A stretch of DNA of 64,000 nucleotides from the human T2T-CHM13v2.0 reference genome, Homo sapiens, in assembly GCA_009914755.4 (NCBI GenBank), contig CP086569.2:7552001-7616000 (forward strand), given 5' to 3'. The notes beneath the pieces are model-generated. The model ran no database searches. It had not been told where the DNA came from and worked only from the letters and a program-made list of their open reading frames with translations. A program made the position numbers and the translations under genes. Positions 62,779 through 64,000 of this stretch are shown here, piece by piece (positions within the stretch are counted from its first letter, which is position 1; every line of letters starts with the position of its first letter).

Positions 62779-64000
62779 CTATTGAGCCCTATCCTGTGGT
62801 GGAGGTGGACAGGCATTGTACTGGGACAGGAGGAGGGGGTAATTGGCACTGGGTTGTGGGTATTGAATTTGAGGTAATGTCTGTGGCACTGTTTGTACTT
62901 GAATCTGTGGCTTCACTGGTGCAGTTATAGGGGTAGCCTCAGGGAGGAGTAAATGAAACCCCGGAGCCCAGATCCCAGGCTGGCTCCTCCCCCGGTTTCC
63001 CTGTAGTGGAACAGGAGTAGAAACAGTGTTGGCCACATTAAAGGAGGAAAGGGATTACCGCTTATATCGAATTTAGATCGACAAGAATTCATCGAATGTT
63101 TACGTTTTTTACATTGTGGGCAAACAGTAGCAGGTACTCTCTGTAAATCTGGAGTTTGTGGAGCAGGTTGTTGGGGGTTAGCATTAAGAAAAGGGCAAGA
63201 TTTTTTTAAGTGTTCTACTCCCATACATTTATAACAAGTACTAGGGAAAGTATTGGGCACACATGTTGCAGGAACACTAGGAATAACAGCAGCCACTTTT
63301 AAGGACGAAGTCATGGCTTGAGCCCTGAGCACAGCTTTATGAATTTCAGAACCAGTGCCATCACAGGCTCTAATGTAGGAAGGAATTATGGCATAATCAG
63401 GTATGTTTTGAGTCTTATGATGTAATGGTGATATGGCAGCCAGACACTCAATATTAGCATTTTCAAACACAATACGTCGGATAACCACATCTCTTGCTCT
63501 AGTATCAGAAATAGCCTTTTCAGCAGGATCTTTGAGTTGAGACGGGAAATCATGATAGGGTTCAGAAGGACCTGGATTAACAGCATTAAAAGATAAAGGG
63601 GTCTTGCCTGCATCTTGAATACGTTCCGATGCTCGTAAACACACTTGAGTAACCTGAGTTACAATATGTTGATAATATTCCAGTTGTCAAGCAAGAGTAT
63701 TTCACAAATCACTAGTACCCATAAGCATAGCATAAAACCCTTCAGTCCCATTTTCAGAATTTATAGAAGTTTGAATCATGGCCTCTTCTGACCATCATGT
63801 CTTAAACGGTAGGAATAGAGAAGGGGTAAGAGAAGCATGAACTAACAAATTCCAATCAATAGGAACAAGCTGTTTTTCAGTAGTAAGGGAATGTAGAACA
63901 GTTTTGACATAAGGAGAATTTGGTCTATATTGATCACAAGCAGATTTAAAATCTTTAAGGAGTTGCAAAGAGAAAGGTTCATAATATCGCTGGCCTTTAA
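62779..64000 (-). pseudogene. gag: capsid C-terminal region plus nucleocapsid with two intact CX2CX4HX4C zinc knuckles and a Q/P-rich tail. The upstream CA/MA part is interrupted by stops and continues beyond the window.
   Basis: ORF 62925..63644 (239 aa) and ORF 62779..63036 (…SQYNACPPPPQD…, similar to the HML-2 QYNNCPPPQ). Upstream minus-strand translation (…LKDFKSACDQYRPNSPYVKTVLHSL…PIDWNLL…) is homologous to HERV-K CA but contains stops. Confidence 0.8.

Larger units (their letters stand above)
56550..64000 (-). mobile_element. HERV-K-superfamily (class II, betaretrovirus-like; not HML-2) provirus: 3'LTR-env-pol-pro-gag on the minus strand. Truncated by the window edge within gag. Defective, with multiple frameshifts and stops.
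   Basis: Minus-strand ORFs show clear homology to HERV-K proteins: Gag CA/NC (…FENANIECLAAISPL…ACDGTGSEIHKAVLRAQAM…CYKCMGVEHLKKSCP…CPQCKKRKHSMNSCRSKFDISGNPFPP), protease (…LVNTGADLS…QWPFSWPKQ…LQGHDLLQQWG), RT (…[30 protein letters not shown]…[23 protein letters not shown]), integrase (…[23 protein letters not shown]…), Env SU/TM pieces, plus an 876-bp LTR. Confidence 0.9.

Noticed and set aside
56550-64000. Assigning the provirus to HERV-K HML-2 specifically
   Set aside because: Gag/Pro/Pol are only ~40-50% identical to HML-2 as recalled. The LTR begins TGTAGGGAGACC rather than TGTGGGGAAAAGCAAGAGA. It belongs to another HML group, and naming needs a database comparison.

Overview
This window reads as primate (human-like) heterochromatin-type genomic DNA. 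It contains no bacterial-style genes and no convincing intact host protein-coding gene. There are three zones.

(1) 1-21,047: AT-rich, transposon-laden intergenic DNA. It holds six Alu elements, an L1PA 3' end nested inside an Alu, an older L1 (5'UTR, ORF1 and ORF2 start), an L1M ORF2 fragment split by an Alu, simple repeats, and the frameshifted terminal zinc-finger exon of a C2H2 ZNF gene on the minus strand (pseudogene or fragment).

(2) 21,048-56,549: one uninterrupted ~35.5-kb head-to-tail tandem satellite array. Its degenerate monomers are ~73-78 bp with core motifs ATATGTCACAATG and AGAGTCACATCACCTAGGTGCTGGGCCCAG. The monomers are organised into a multi-module higher-order repeat of about 4.8 kb (~80% identity between copies), and several copies are rearranged. 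The array is CpG-depleted, apart from one ~400-bp foreign insert. The monomer resembles beta-satellite (Sau3A/BSR) as I recall it, and the overall architecture resembles the complex beta-satellite blocks reported for the 19p12 ZNF cluster. This family assignment is from memory and needs confirmation.

(3) 56,550-64,000: a HERV-K-superfamily (betaretrovirus-like) provirus on the minus strand. It runs 3' LTR - env - pol (IN, RT) - pro - gag (CA/NC) and continues past the window edge. It is inserted directly into the satellite. It is defective: many frameshifts, protease DTGAD changed to NTGAD, RT YMDD changed to YMED. The two Gag zinc knuckles are intact.

The most interesting targets are the layered satellite and its conserved palindromic CACCTAGGTG core, the ERV-in-satellite junction, the foreign insert at 50.8-51.2 kb, and the ZNF pseudo-exon context.
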